A DNA stretch of 39,032 bases from a virus (IMGVR_UViG_649989948_000008:1-39032), one strand, 5' to 3'. Shown: positions 8,776 through 18,584, numbered from the stretch's first letter. Made by a program: numbers and translations. The notes: generated by a model not told the origin, from the sequence alone.

Positions 8776-11115
8776 TTACTCTTCTACTGACTCGGTGGGG
8801 TTGTCTTTTGCTCTTCGGTCGTCGATTGCCTGCAAAGCCGCAATGATTTCAGCCAGTGGCTTCTCCCGATACATCTCGACGATCTGCGATTTGGTGTATT
8901 TCTTGTCACCAATTTCAACTCGCCCGCTGGCGTTCTTTGGCAGGTATCCTTCTTCCAGCATGTACTCGACGAGCGATTCGATAACGTCGAGGCCACGAGT
9001 AGGATCGAAGTAGAATTTCCAGGTGCATTTGCCATACGGTGGTGCAACTTTGTTTTTGATGCATTCTGCGCCTACGTCCTGGCCGATCTTCTCTTTACCA
9101 TCCTTCATCACCGATGCACCAAGACGGATACGTACAGAAGCGTAGAACTTCGGTGAATCTCCACCTGGCGACGTAGTAGGGTCGCCAAACATTACACCGA
9201 TTTTTGTGCGAACCTGATTCAAGAAGATGATGCAGGCGTTGTATTTGCGTGCCCACAAAGCCAGAGTAGGGAAGTTCGCACTCGTCGCACGAGCCAGTGC
9301 CGTATTGTCGTTCATGTTTAGCTGATCTTTGTCTTTGGCTGTGCCTTCAGCCATCTTTTCGAACTTCTCGGCTTTGGAGTTCGGAACCATAGACGCAAGA
9401 GAGTCAGCCACGATACAGATAGGTGCTGATTCGGGGATAAGCTCTTCATCACGAACCAATTTAAGTATTGTGCCGATCAACTCTACAGAGTCTTCGAAGG
9501 TATCTGGCTGCTTGTATACCCACTGACCGTCATCCTCATCTGCGTTCAGGCCATTGGCTACAGCCAGGCCAACGTCAAAACTGTTTTCATGATCGAGGAA
9601 TACCGCCAGACCATCTTGTTTTTGAGCGGAGATCATCGCTGCTGTTGCAAGGAATGTGTTGTGGCTGATAATCCCGTTAGACCAGAAAGAGTGTGTTTCC
9701 GGCATCGCTACGTCGAACGTTGGTGCTTCACCTTCCTCAATAGCCACGACTTCGTCGTAGAACAAGTTAGAGCCAATTACCGCTGCCAGTTGTGCAAACA
9801 GATGCTCGTTAAAACGATTCTTTCTGCCAATGAAGGAGACATAGATTTCTCGCAGTTTGTCTATTCCGACACGATCGCCGCGGCCAATAACGTGGTCTAC
9901 CAGAGCGTAGTCTTCACGGGTGGTCTTGGTGAGCGACTCGTAGAGTGATTTCACTAAGCCGCTGATGTGCGGAACATAGCCTGAGTAAGTGCGGTCAAAA
10001 CCAATGTCCCGTTTGGTTGCCACTGATAAACGTGCCGGAGATTCGAAACCAATCGTTGACAGAAAAAGGTCGTAATTAGAGCCACTGAATGACAGCCGGT
10101 AATATGTATTTTCATAACCCGCGACGTGTTTTTCAGAGATAGTTGACGTAATCCCCAGATTCAGGAGCATGAGGCGAATTTGCTGTAGCAGCAGCCCACT
10201 CGCGCTCACAACCTCAATGCAGCGACCATCATTGACGTGGCATTCCAGCTCAAAGTAGCCGCGAAGGAATGCAATTTGAGCCTCGCTATTGGCGCGACGC
10301 ACACTCAACGGAACCTGCTTGCCAGCAGCTTTCTCATACTCCAGACCATATTCTTTAAAAAGCAGCGAACGCACCTCTTTGCTAAACAGCACATGGTCTT
10401 CCGAGCCGTTATGTTTTCTCGTAACTGGCATCTTGTCTGATACCAGCGAAATGAGGCGGTAGTACTCATCCTTGATGAAAGGATCTGTGTTAGAAAAATT
10501 CACTGAATTTTCAGAGGCCACGTATCCGTCAGCAATTAAATAGCCCATCAGTTTTGCGATATTGGCATCCAGGTGCTGATCGCCGAATTGATGTGTGCCA
10601 ACCATTGAAGGAATCGTGTCGCCTACACTGATTTTTTCAGCATGTCGCCAGACGACATTACCTAAGTCGTCAACCACACGGATTGGGTGACGGAACGTAG
10701 CCTCGATATAACCGCCTGATGCCAGCTTAATACGCTTGAATTTGCGACGGTTGTTCCATGTCAGGTGTGAGGTCTTCTCTATCACGCCATTTTCATTGAT
10801 GAGTCCAACGTTATGCTCTACATCGCGAGTAGTGCATGTCGCTTTGTACCCTTCAATCTCAAACAACTCTTTCACTGTTACCATTCCACGCTCCGTCAGC
10901 AGCATGGTGTCTGCGGTAACACATTTCCCCGCGCTTGGTGGCCCGAATACTTCTACGATACGACCACATGGGAAACCGCCATCGTAACGACCGGAAATCG
11001 CTTTGTTTAACGGAGGAAAGCCTGTGTCAATCCAATGAGTTACTTTCTGAATTTCGTCGTTGCTACCGATTTTCTTTTTCAGAGCAAGTGCCAGTGCGGA
11101 TTTTCCTTTTGCCAT
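8776..11115 (-). CDS. recA: RecA-family recombinase interrupted by an intein (779-aa precursor, ~357-aa predicted mature protein)
   Basis: Exteins resemble RecA: GRIVEVFGPPSAGK|..|TFLA (Walker A), VFLDHENSFD, VMFGDPTTSPGGDSPKFYASVRIRLG; ATG with AGGAG RBS. Confidence 0.8.
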   Translation of the reverse strand: MAKGKSALALALKKKIGSNDEIQKVTHWIDTGFPPLNKAISGRYDGGFPCGRIVEVFGPPSAGKCVTADTMLLTERGMVTVKELFEIEGYKATCTTRDVEHNVGLINENGVIEKTSHLTWNNRRKFKRIKLASGGYIEATFRHPIRVVDDLGNVVWRHAEKISVGDTIPSMVGTHQFGDQHLDANIAKLMGYLIADGYVASENSVNFSNTDPFIKDEYYRLISLVSDKMPVTRKHNGSEDHVLFSKEVRSLLFKEYGLEYEKAAGKQVPLSVRRANSEAQIAFLRGYFELECHVNDGRCIEVVSASGLLLQQIRLMLLNLGITSTISEKHVAGYENTYYRLSFSGSNYDLFLSTIGFESPARLSVATKRDIGFDRTYSGYVPHISGLVKSLYESLTKTTREDYALVDHVIGRGDRVGIDKLREIYVSFIGRKNRFNEHLFAQLAAVIGSNLFYDEVVAIEEGEAPTFDVAMPETHSFWSNGIISHNTFLATAAMISAQKQDGLAVFLDHENSFDVGLAVANGLNADEDDGQWVYKQPDTFEDSVELIGTILKLVRDEELIPESAPICIVADSLASMVPNSKAEKFEKMAEGTAKDKDQLNMNDNTALARATSANFPTLALWARKYNACIIFLNQVRTKIGVMFGDPTTSPGGDSPKFYASVRIRLGASVMKDGKEKIGQDVGAECIKNKVAPPYGKCTWKFYFDPTRGLDVIESLVEYMLEEGYLPKNASGRVEIGDKKYTKSQIVEMYREKPLAEIIAALQAIDDRRAKDNPTESVEE
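9658..10923 (-). mobile_element. intein with LAGLIDADG homing-endonuclease domain (422 aa) inserted in the RecA P-loop
   Basis: Starts with Cys (CVTADTMLL), TxxH block (ATFRH), LAGLIDADG blocks (LMGYLIADGYV, FLRGYFELECHV), ends ...ISHN followed by Thr; junction codons checked by hand. Confidence 0.8.
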
Positions 11116-11117
11116 GA

Positions 11118-11390
11118 TCAGGCTCCTTTTGTTTCGTTGATTCGTTTTAAAGCGGCGGATTCGTCGAATACAATCGCATCGTGGTTAAGGAGTCTGGATA
11201 CACGAGCGAGGATTTTTACGACCTGCTCGCTGACTAATCCAAACTCGCGATCTGTCGCTTTCATTCCGGCAGCGCCTAGAATTGACGGCAGTGCGATGAC
11301 AGCGTACTCACCGTGATAAAAGACAATCTCTTTTGCCAGTTGGGCAGGGGTGGTTGTAGCGCCATTAATAATCGATTTAAGCATTAGCAA
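11118..11390 (-). CDS. hypothetical protein (90 aa)
   Basis: ORF between the exonuclease and the RecA-like gene; no motif recognised. Confidence 0.35.
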   Translation of the reverse strand: MLMLKSIINGATTTPAQLAKEIVFYHGEYAVIALPSILGAAGMKATDREFGLVSEQVVKILARVSRLLNHDAIVFDESAALKRINETKGA

Positions 11391-12328
11391 TACCTTTCGA
11401 ATGGAAGAACAAACACTTCAAGGTCTTCAAGGAACGAACGGAAATTCAGCTCGTAGCACAGTTGCTCGAATGCTTTCACGTCACGATTGCCTTTGATTGT
11501 TTCGATTTCGGTAGGCGGAAACTTCGTCTCAATCAGGTTCATTAGCGTGATGTTTCTCTTGAACGCTTCGAGCATTCGACAGCCTGTTTTCTCGTTGAAG
11601 GCATTCTTCGCTAGTTTGTTGAAGGCGGTCTTATGGCGTCCTTTGTCAACCACGATTGAGCCGTCGTTGATGCCGCGTACCATCGTTGCGACACTTCCCC
11701 ATTCATGCAGCAGCTCTTTCGCACCGCCAGCACCAATGCCACCAACACCGCTAATGTTGTCCGATTTATCGCCTTGTAATGCTTTTGCTTCCAAAAATGC
11801 GCGAGGAGTAGCGAATCCTGTCAGCTCCGCAAATTGCTCAAAATTAACCTGCTTGTTTTTGGCGTCTTCGCGCAGGCTTACCCAGCTTACGTTTTCGCGA
11901 ACTAACTGAAGCCAGTCGCTATCGCCTGTTAACAGATAGATGTGTTCAACGATTGGCTGCGGTGCAATGCTGGCTACCAGCAGCCCGGCCAGATCATCCG
12001 CTTCTGCATCTTTTGCAATGAGTTGGGTAACTCCAAGCGCGGTCATCATTTTGAGGATGTATGGCTTCTGGATAGCAAAGCCTTCCTTCATCTTTTTCAT
12101 ATCAGGATCGTCGTCGCGATTTGCTTTGTAGTCCGGGTAAAAGTCGCGACGCTTGTCACTAAATCCATCCCAAAGAATCATAGGTCGGGCATGGAGGATG
12201 GAGGCATAACGACGGACGTTCTTAACAAAGCCGAAAGCAGCCTGTACTTCCATTTCGCCGTTGTGCAATTTGTCAGATTGTTGGTGGTAATAACCCAGGC
12301 TATTGCCATCTACGAAGAGATAATTCAC
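11384..12328 (-). CDS. 5'-3' exonuclease / flap endonuclease (T4 RNase H / T5 D15-like)
   Basis: N-terminal LFVDGNSLGYY and H3TH motif GDKSDNISGVGGIGAGGAKELL. The track ORF starts at 12379, but that part overlaps a terminator hairpin; a GTG at 12328 with RBS GGAAGGA is the more likely start. Confidence 0.7.
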   Translation of the reverse strand: MNYLFVDGNSLGYYHQQSDKLHNGEMEVQAAFGFVKNVRRYASILHARPMILWDGFSDKRRDFYPDYKANRDDDPDMKKMKEGFAIQKPYILKMMTALGVTQLIAKDAEADDLAGLLVASIAPQPIVEHIYLLTGDSDWLQLVRENVSWVSLREDAKNKQVNFEQFAELTGFATPRAFLEAKALQGDKSDNISGVGGIGAGGAKELLHEWGSVATMVRGINDGSIVVDKGRHKTAFNKLAKNAFNEKTGCRMLEAFKRNITLMNLIETKFPPTEIETIKGNRDVKAFEQLCYELNFRSFLEDLEVFVLPFERYC

Positions 12329-12343
12329 CGGTACATTCCTTCC

Positions 12344-12372
12344 AAAAAGTAAGGCGTCCGTAGACGCCTTAC
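12344..12372 (-). terminator. terminator hairpin between the SSB-like and exonuclease genes
   Basis: Stem GTAAGGCGTC/GACGCCTTAC with loop CGTA and a T-run on the minus strand. Confidence 0.55.
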
Positions 12373-12388
12373 TGGTCACGTAATGGGA

Positions 12389-13417
12389 TTACAGAGAGTC
12401 CAGCTCTCTCAGTAGGTCATCCAGACCTTCATCTTCCGTCGCAGATGCGGCTGCTACAGATGTCGCTGCGACTGCTTCAGACTCTTTGACTGATACTGCA
12501 ACGGCAGCGGAACTTGCTTCTGGTTTAAATTCAGTTTCAACGGCACGGAGGATTTCTTCATCAACCAGACTGGTTGGTTCAGAAGCTGGGGTATGAGCGG
12601 TAGCTACAGCAGTCGCACCCTCCGTATGACCAGTGACAGAGCCAAATCCAGGTAGTGCCGCAGCCGATGTTTTCGCGGTTGAGGAAATTGCTGGTGCAGA
12701 TGCTGCGGCAGTTGGTGCAGCGATGCCAATCAGACGACCCATAGTGCGAACTGTCGACAGAAGACGAGTTTCATCAGCCTGATTTGCGTATGCGATCAGA
12801 TCATGCTGGGTATTCCAGAATTTATCTTCGATATCGCCTTTGTAGACTTTACGCTTAGGCGAGACGTCATATTTGGTATCGCGACCAGAGCCAGTACGTT
12901 TAATCAGGAATGCGTAGCCTTCCTCTTTGCTCAGTGGATTGCCGATATCATCAGCGATGTCTTCGGTGATTGCTTTGCAGATATCATCGAATACAGTAGA
13001 CGGCAGCTCGATTAACTGGCATTTCTCAGCATCTGCGAAATCCTCACGAGCAGAAAGAATGCCGTTGACCAGGTAGCGAGGAGTGGCACGCATTTGACCG
13101 ATGCGTTCTTCCATTGCTTTGTTACCCTTGTGACGAGCGCGACCTTCCATCACCATTTCGCATAGCTGACAAGCGCGACCGTGAGTATGTTGCTCACAAA
13201 TATAAGCGTTGGTTGCTTCTTTACCTTCCTCGTTCTGATACTTAACGTAGTGCATACCGAAAGTCTGGAAGAACTTACCGTTTGGGTCGTCTTTATTCGG
13301 GAAGATGCGGATATAGTTGACGCCGTCTTTTAAGCGAGTCAGATCAACGTTGTTACCACGTTTGGCGGCAATGTCTTCACGAGTTTTGTTAAGCAAATCA
13401 AGTAATGTCTTAGACAT
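12389..13417 (-). CDS. putative ssDNA-binding protein, T4 gp32-like zinc-binding type with acidic C-terminal tail
   Basis: His ... C-x9-C-x2-C spacing (MHYV ... CEQHTHGRACQLC) matches my recollection of the gp32 Zn site; Ala/Ser-rich linker and acidic end EDEGLDDLLRELDSL; sits in a recombination/replication cluster. Confidence 0.5.
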   Translation of the reverse strand: MSKTLLDLLNKTREDIAAKRGNNVDLTRLKDGVNYIRIFPNKDDPNGKFFQTFGMHYVKYQNEEGKEATNAYICEQHTHGRACQLCEMVMEGRARHKGNKAMEERIGQMRATPRYLVNGILSAREDFADAEKCQLIELPSTVFDDICKAITEDIADDIGNPLSKEEGYAFLIKRTGSGRDTKYDVSPKRKVYKGDIEDKFWNTQHDLIAYANQADETRLLSTVRTMGRLIGIAAPTAAASAPAISSTAKTSAAALPGFGSVTGHTEGATAVATAHTPASEPTSLVDEEILRAVETEFKPEASSAAVAVSVKESEAVAATSVAAASATEDEGLDDLLRELDSL

Positions 13418-13534
13418 GTGTTTCTCCTTGTTGTGATTTGGCCGATGGCGCTATGCGCGTTGGGCTTTCGTTCATTCGTGGCTCTTTCGAGCTGTTAAAT
13501 GATAGATCAGTACTTACTTATTATCTATCAAAAA

Positions 13535-13966
13535 TCAACGGGGAGTAATAAAGCGTTCAGAGCCTAATCGCTCTAATTCAACGATGGCCATCTTTGACGC
13601 CTGAACGATCATGTCTCGGCGATGCGAAAAGGCGGCGACAGCATGTTTGTATATGTCTGCGATGTGCCGTGCTTCATCCAACTTCTGCCTTTTAGACAGA
13701 TACTGTGGGTTTGTTTTAACCTTAGCGTCCAGTACAGATTCGTTGAACTTAATGCCGTTCATACTCAAGTTCTTACGCTCTGTGTCGTATAGCTTTGCTT
13801 CAACAGCTTCAAGGTTAAGTTTTGCCTCTGCGACACTTCTTTCTGCATGAGCGAGTTTTGAGCCATACTCCATTAAAAGGCGGGGTTGTCTACGCCAGAC
13901 TTCCTCCAGATTGTCTCGGTCAAACTCGAGATCAGACATTATTTTCTCGTAAATATCGGTGATCAT
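13535..13966 (-). CDS. hypothetical protein (143 aa, helical)
   Basis: ATG in conserved start context; no motif recognised. Confidence 0.4.
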   Translation of the reverse strand: MITDIYEKIMSDLEFDRDNLEEVWRRQPRLLMEYGSKLAHAERSVAEAKLNLEAVEAKLYDTERKNLSMNGIKFNESVLDAKVKTNPQYLSKRQKLDEARHIADIYKHAVAAFSHRRDMIVQASKMAIVELERLGSERFITPR

Positions 13967-14091
13967 GTGCTTTCCTTTTTACTTATCATCTTATATTGAT
14001 TATATCATTGTGATGATAAGGCAAGGAGTTCGAGGATAGGGGATATGAGGGGATAAGAGAAAACATGGCCATAGAGGCCATGTTTATTGGA

Positions 14092-15261
14092 TCACGACTT
14101 AATAGTTTCTGCTACGTCGGCTAATATCGCTTCTAGTCGTTCTCCCTCTTCAGGTCTGAAGTAAAGAATGTTGGGGTTAAACCCGTAAAAGACAGTAACG
14201 TCAAGGTCTGGAAGATACTCCTTCCTGCCGACCAAATCGGATGGCTTGTTTTTGTTGTTAAACAATGCCGTTGCCCGGCTACCACACGTCAGCACATAGG
14301 TCGGGCGCACCAGATTGATCTCTTCACGCATAAAGTCGGTGAACTGGCCGATCTCGTCTTTGGTGTAGTCCTTTTCTTTGTCTTTCACCTTTTTGCAAAC
14401 GCCTGTGACATAGAGATCGCCCATGCGCAAATCCCCAGCCGTCAACAGCTTGGCCTTAAAATCGTCGTATCCGTTCTCCATAAAGTAACCGGTTCGAGCA
14501 TCATTGCCGTTCGCATTGTCCAGAATGATCATGATTTTCGGCTTAATACCAATGCTGGGGCGGATTAGTTCATCACCTAAGCCCATTTCAGCCGCCATCC
14601 GCGTCATGAGTACGTTAATCTCAGCCGAACGTTTGGGGTTCATCTCAAACGGACGTGACGCTTTAACTGCGTCTATGACAAGGTTTCCCATCAATTCAGC
14701 CTGGTCGCGTAGGCGCTCTGGATCAGTTGCTGGCAGACTACCTGGCTCGATGGATGCAAACGCCCCTACTTTTTGCAGCGATTCGCGCACTCGACTATTA
14801 CAGGCACGTTTCTCGACAGCTTCTTCGAATTGCGCCAGTGACTCGAATTTGCCGCCAACTTTTTCTCGCGCTCTCATGATGGCTTGGCAGCCATTCTCAG
14901 AACACCCTTTCACAGCAGAGAAGGGCGCATACAGCACCTGGCTGCCATCTTCAAGCGTGCGGATCTCGATTCGGTTAGATGACACGTTAACGTCTGGTGG
15001 CAATACGCGAATACCATAGGTCAGCGCATCTTTAACCAGCCCCTGGTGTTTATCTTCGCCAAGAATAGTGAGAGCAGCAGCGAAGAACTCCGCGGGATAA
15101 TGAGTTTTCAACCACATAGATTGATAACTGATTAAGGAGTAAGCAACAGAGTGTGATTTGTTGAAGGCATACGCGCCGGATTTCTCAAACATATTCCAGA
15201 TTTCTTCGGCTCGTTCGTGCGTCAGGCCATTGCTCTCTTCGACAACACCGGTAATTTTCAT
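14092..15261 (-). CDS. dnaE: DNA polymerase III alpha-like (DnaE), C-terminal fragment of a split gene
   Basis: Begins within the conserved region AYAFNKSHSVAYSLISYQSMWLKTHYPAEFFAA; its ATG overlaps the HNH gene stop (ATGA). Confidence 0.75.
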   Translation of the reverse strand: MKITGVVEESNGLTHERAEEIWNMFEKSGAYAFNKSHSVAYSLISYQSMWLKTHYPAEFFAAALTILGEDKHQGLVKDALTYGIRVLPPDVNVSSNRIEIRTLEDGSQVLYAPFSAVKGCSENGCQAIMRAREKVGGKFESLAQFEEAVEKRACNSRVRESLQKVGAFASIEPGSLPATDPERLRDQAELMGNLVIDAVKASRPFEMNPKRSAEINVLMTRMAAEMGLGDELIRPSIGIKPKIMIILDNANGNDARTGYFMENGYDDFKAKLLTAGDLRMGDLYVTGVCKKVKDKEKDYTKDEIGQFTDFMREEINLVRPTYVLTCGSRATALFNNKNKPSDLVGRKEYLPDLDVTVFYGFNPNILYFRPEEGERLEAILADVAETIKS

Positions 15262-15992
15262 GCAGTCACCTCATCAATCTTCACGAACTCATACCCATTG
15301 GAGGCCAGCCAGTTCCGTTGGCGCTCCCAGCTCCATATCTCTTCACGCATTTCACTATGCAGGCGAATGTGGGCGTCTTCTGGAAGTGCTACAAGATTCC
15401 CAGGGGCGTTATCTATCGTATCGCGGTTAATATGGTGGACATGTTCATCGTCACGTAGCTCCCGACCGAGACGTTCTTTCGCTATCAATCGATGAACGTA
15501 TTCGTATTGCGAAACGCCATTGTTACCAACCAGCTGCATCATGTAGCCGTTGGTTTTTACGATGATGCCACCTTTGTAGTTGTTCGCTTCTTCTCCGATC
15601 TTTCCGCGTTTGGCAGCCGCCAGCTTTTCCTTCGTCTCCGCGCGGATTGTTCTGCCGGTTAGCTTTTTCGAAACGGTGGCCACTCGCTCATCGATATCAG
15701 CACGCAGACCGGCATTCCACGAGGTTTTCCCATACATAGGGTTGCCAGTGCCAGTCCGGGCTTCGGAGAGACGCTTCATACGTTCGTCATTATTTTTGTT
15801 TTTGCCACGATTCCAGGCTGGGGTAGCGGAGATCCGCGCGCTTCCGCGCCTGATCCCCCATTTGGCTAATAAGCGGTCAATATTTGCCTTGCTGCAACCA
15901 GCTTCGGCGGCAATGTCTTCTTTTCTCATCAGGTCAACCATGTAACGCTGACGTAACCATTCTTCTGTGATTTTGTACTTCGTACTCGGCAT
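15258..15992 (-). CDS. HNH homing endonuclease inserted between the two DnaE fragments
   Basis: HNH motif EHVHHINRDTIDNAPGNLVALPEDAHIRLH, NUMOD-like repeats and an N-terminal HTH-like segment; preceded by its own AAACAAATTGTTTTCTTA motif. Confidence 0.75.
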   Translation of the reverse strand: MPSTKYKITEEWLRQRYMVDLMRKEDIAAEAGCSKANIDRLLAKWGIRRGSARISATPAWNRGKNKNNDERMKRLSEARTGTGNPMYGKTSWNAGLRADIDERVATVSKKLTGRTIRAETKEKLAAAKRGKIGEEANNYKGGIIVKTNGYMMQLVGNNGVSQYEYVHRLIAKERLGRELRDDEHVHHINRDTIDNAPGNLVALPEDAHIRLHSEMREEIWSWERQRNWLASNGYEFVKIDEVTA

Positions 15993-16040
15993 TTCTAAGA
16001 CTCACTAAACAAATTGTTTTCTTATCTTATAAATTAATTC

Positions 16041-18404
16041 TCAAATATCGAAGCTCGTTATGTCGGCATTTATTGCCATTGCTTCGGCATAAGTGCGACG
16101 CTCACCATCAGCACAAAGTAGGCGTGCTGCTTTATGGATTTTTCTCGTAGAACCATCATCCAGTGACACTGTCACCCAGCCTTCCTCCGCTCGCTTAATG
16201 AAGTCGCCGCCAATGGATTTCATTTTCTCCATATCTTTTTTCCCGATCGCTTTCCTGACCGAGTCTGCTTCCGCCATTGAGAACCCCGCCAAGATTCGCG
16301 TAGCAGCCATGATCTGTTCCTGATAAATCAGAACTCCGTTTGTGTCGCGAGAGATGTCGTCCAGCATTGGGTGTAAGGAATGTGGGGCCATGAAGCCTTT
16401 GGCCACGGACACATAATCGTCCAACATGCCGGATTGAATCGGGCCAGGTCGGAAGAGCGCAGTTGTAGCGACGACCGTTTTAAAGCTCATTGGCTCAATT
16501 CCACCACCTAAATCTTTAAGCAGCTTGCGCATTGGGCCTGATTCAAGCTGGAATACGCCCTGTGTATACCCTGCAGCAAAACCATCCAGCACCTTGCGAT
16601 CTTCAAGAGAAATGGCATCAAGATTGATATCTTCACCTGTGTTCTCTTTTATGTAGCGTTTTGCACTATCGAGCAAATCGAGAGTTGCCAGGCCAAGCAC
16701 GTCCAGCTTAATTAGGCCCATAGCCTCGCAGTAACGCTTGTCAAATGCGATACAACGCGCGTCACCACGGCGTTCAACCGGTGTACGTTCTGTCAGAGGA
16801 ACACCTGCTACGATCATCCCTGCCGCATGTCTACCAAAGCCACGCATAAGGCTTTGTAACTTGCAGGCTGCATTGAATGCATCAGGATATTTTGTTGCGT
16901 ATTTGTCGAGACTTGCCAGTTGTTCGCGCAGCTCTTCCAATGGAAGGCTATCATCCTCGACGTTCTTCAGTTCTTTTGATACCGCCATATCTGCGGACTC
17001 CACACCATAAATACGAGCGGTGTCACGTAGTGCAGAGGCTGCGCCCAGGTAGGTGAAGTTCGGAATGCCTGCAACGTAATCTTCGCCGTAGCGTTCATTC
17101 AGATACTCGATCACCTCATGGCGACGTGCCTGGCTGAAGTCCAAGTCCGCATCCGGCAAGTCGAGACGCTCAGGGTTGATGAAACGCTCAAACAGAAGAC
17201 CGTGACGGATTGGGTCGACGTTGGTTATGCCTATGCACCACGCCACCAGAGAACCGGCAGAGGAACCACGACCAGGCCCAACGGGAATGCCAGTTTCACG
17301 ACTATGATTCATCAGATCGCGCACCATCAGGAAGTAACCACAGAATCCCAGGCGAGTCAGCGTGTCCATTTCGTACTTTAGCCGCTCAACATAAACCCTG
17401 TTCTCAGAAGCAGGTGGTGTGTAGCCAAACTCTTTTGTGGTAAGACGTTTACGCAGCCCTGCAACAGCCAGTTTCATAAGCGTTGCAGGCTCGTCGTCTG
17501 CCATCTTGGGCAGTGCTGGTGGCAATTCATGCCAGCGCCATGTGCAGGCATCGATAATGGAGTCCTGCGTTGTTGAGGCCATTGCAGCTGTTACTGGCAC
17601 ATCCATGCGAACGGAGAAGGCTTTAAGCGCCTCAAGGAGATGGCGACGACCATTGATGGCGTTATCTCGCTGGTGGGGGATACGCAGACGATGCGGCTGG
17701 TCGATTTTTATGTTGTTCGTAACCATGTGCGCAATGTCTTTAATGTCAGCATCGTCGATCGATTCGTAATAAGCGGGATAGAACGCTACTGGCTCTATTT
17801 TCAGTGCGCTGGCGACTTTCATCGCCCGGACGTTAATCTGGTCGTAGAATGGGGTAGGGTGCGGATAGACCACACTATAGAAGTTGTCTTTTCCACCCGC
17901 TGTAATCAGTGTGCTTATGATTTTTGCAAAATCGTTGCGTTGGAACACGCTACCGATGTCGGAAGTAAGCAGGATGATGTTGCCTTTGGCATATGTAGAA
18001 ACCAACTGTTCGAGCGAGAGACGCGGTACAAAGTAGAACTGTTCTCGTGTGTTGGCCACCGTCATTAGTTCGCAGATGTCGCGATATCCTTGCTCATTTT
18101 TAATTAGAGCGGTAAACGAGTAGTTACGTCCCCGCTCTAATGATTCCATACATCTCATAGATTCTTTAGCAAGTTTAGCCCGGTGCTCGTATGTGGGATC
18201 ATCAACAATGTTTAGTTTCACACCACAAATAACCGCCATGTCGTCACCAGCGGCACGTTGTAGTGGAATAACGCTCGCAATATTCATGCTATCTGCTGAA
18301 ATTACAGCGGTGTAGCCAGCTTCTCTGGCAATCTTCACCGCGTTTTCTGCTTTTAGAGCCGACTCCCCAAGTGAGAAGTCAGTTCGAACCATCAGTGCCT
18401 TCAT
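16041..18404 (-). CDS. dnaE: DNA polymerase III alpha-like (DnaE), N-terminal fragment (PHP and polymerase core)
   Basis: GRGSSAGSLVAWCIGITNVDPIRHGLLFERFINPERLDLPDADLDF and RHAAGMIVAG match the Pol III alpha core; ends just after RKAIGKKDMEKMKSIGGDFIKRAEEG. Confidence 0.8.
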   Translation of the reverse strand: MKALMVRTDFSLGESALKAENAVKIAREAGYTAVISADSMNIASVIPLQRAAGDDMAVICGVKLNIVDDPTYEHRAKLAKESMRCMESLERGRNYSFTALIKNEQGYRDICELMTVANTREQFYFVPRLSLEQLVSTYAKGNIILLTSDIGSVFQRNDFAKIISTLITAGGKDNFYSVVYPHPTPFYDQINVRAMKVASALKIEPVAFYPAYYESIDDADIKDIAHMVTNNIKIDQPHRLRIPHQRDNAINGRRHLLEALKAFSVRMDVPVTAAMASTTQDSIIDACTWRWHELPPALPKMADDEPATLMKLAVAGLRKRLTTKEFGYTPPASENRVYVERLKYEMDTLTRLGFCGYFLMVRDLMNHSRETGIPVGPGRGSSAGSLVAWCIGITNVDPIRHGLLFERFINPERLDLPDADLDFSQARRHEVIEYLNERYGEDYVAGIPNFTYLGAASALRDTARIYGVESADMAVSKELKNVEDDSLPLEELREQLASLDKYATKYPDAFNAACKLQSLMRGFGRHAAGMIVAGVPLTERTPVERRGDARCIAFDKRYCEAMGLIKLDVLGLATLDLLDSAKRYIKENTGEDINLDAISLEDRKVLDGFAAGYTQGVFQLESGPMRKLLKDLGGGIEPMSFKTVVATTALFRPGPIQSGMLDDYVSVAKGFMAPHSLHPMLDDISRDTNGVLIYQEQIMAATRILAGFSMAEADSVRKAIGKKDMEKMKSIGGDFIKRAEEGWVTVSLDDGSTRKIHKAARLLCADGERRTYAEAMAINADITSFDI

Positions 18405-18584
18405 GTGTTTTTACCTTTCTGGTTTTTTTGATTTTGTCATTGGGGAAGCCTACGAACTTCCCATGCATCGAAATCGCAACTTCTTTTGCTGATTGGTGAC
18501 AATCGGGCTTGTCTGGACACACCAGACAAGCCTTACCAGTTTCAGAAGCAGCGATAAGAGAGCCGAAACATCCTTTACGCACGA

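Noticed and set aside
9589-9948. Plus-strand ORFs of 60-170 aa antisense to large minus-strand genes (for example 936-1139, 9589-9948, 14504-15019, 17640-18068, 29331-29990, 38706-39002)
   Set aside because: They lie entirely inside well-supported genes on the other strand, lack start-context motifs and have biased composition typical of antisense frames.
14092-18404. Split-intein explanation for the two DnaE fragments
   Set aside because: The N-fragment tail does not begin with Cys/Ser after the homologous region, the C-fragment has no His-Asn plus nucleophile junction, and the intervening HNH gene is a separate ORF with its own start; a free-standing homing-endonuclease insertion fits better.
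18379-18582. 67-aa Cys-rich ORF between the CobS-like and DnaE genes
   Set aside because: It uses a GTG start overlapping the CobS stop and runs across the DnaE ribosome-binding region and start codon; more likely the DnaE leader than a gene, although a short zinc-ribbon peptide cannot be excluded.
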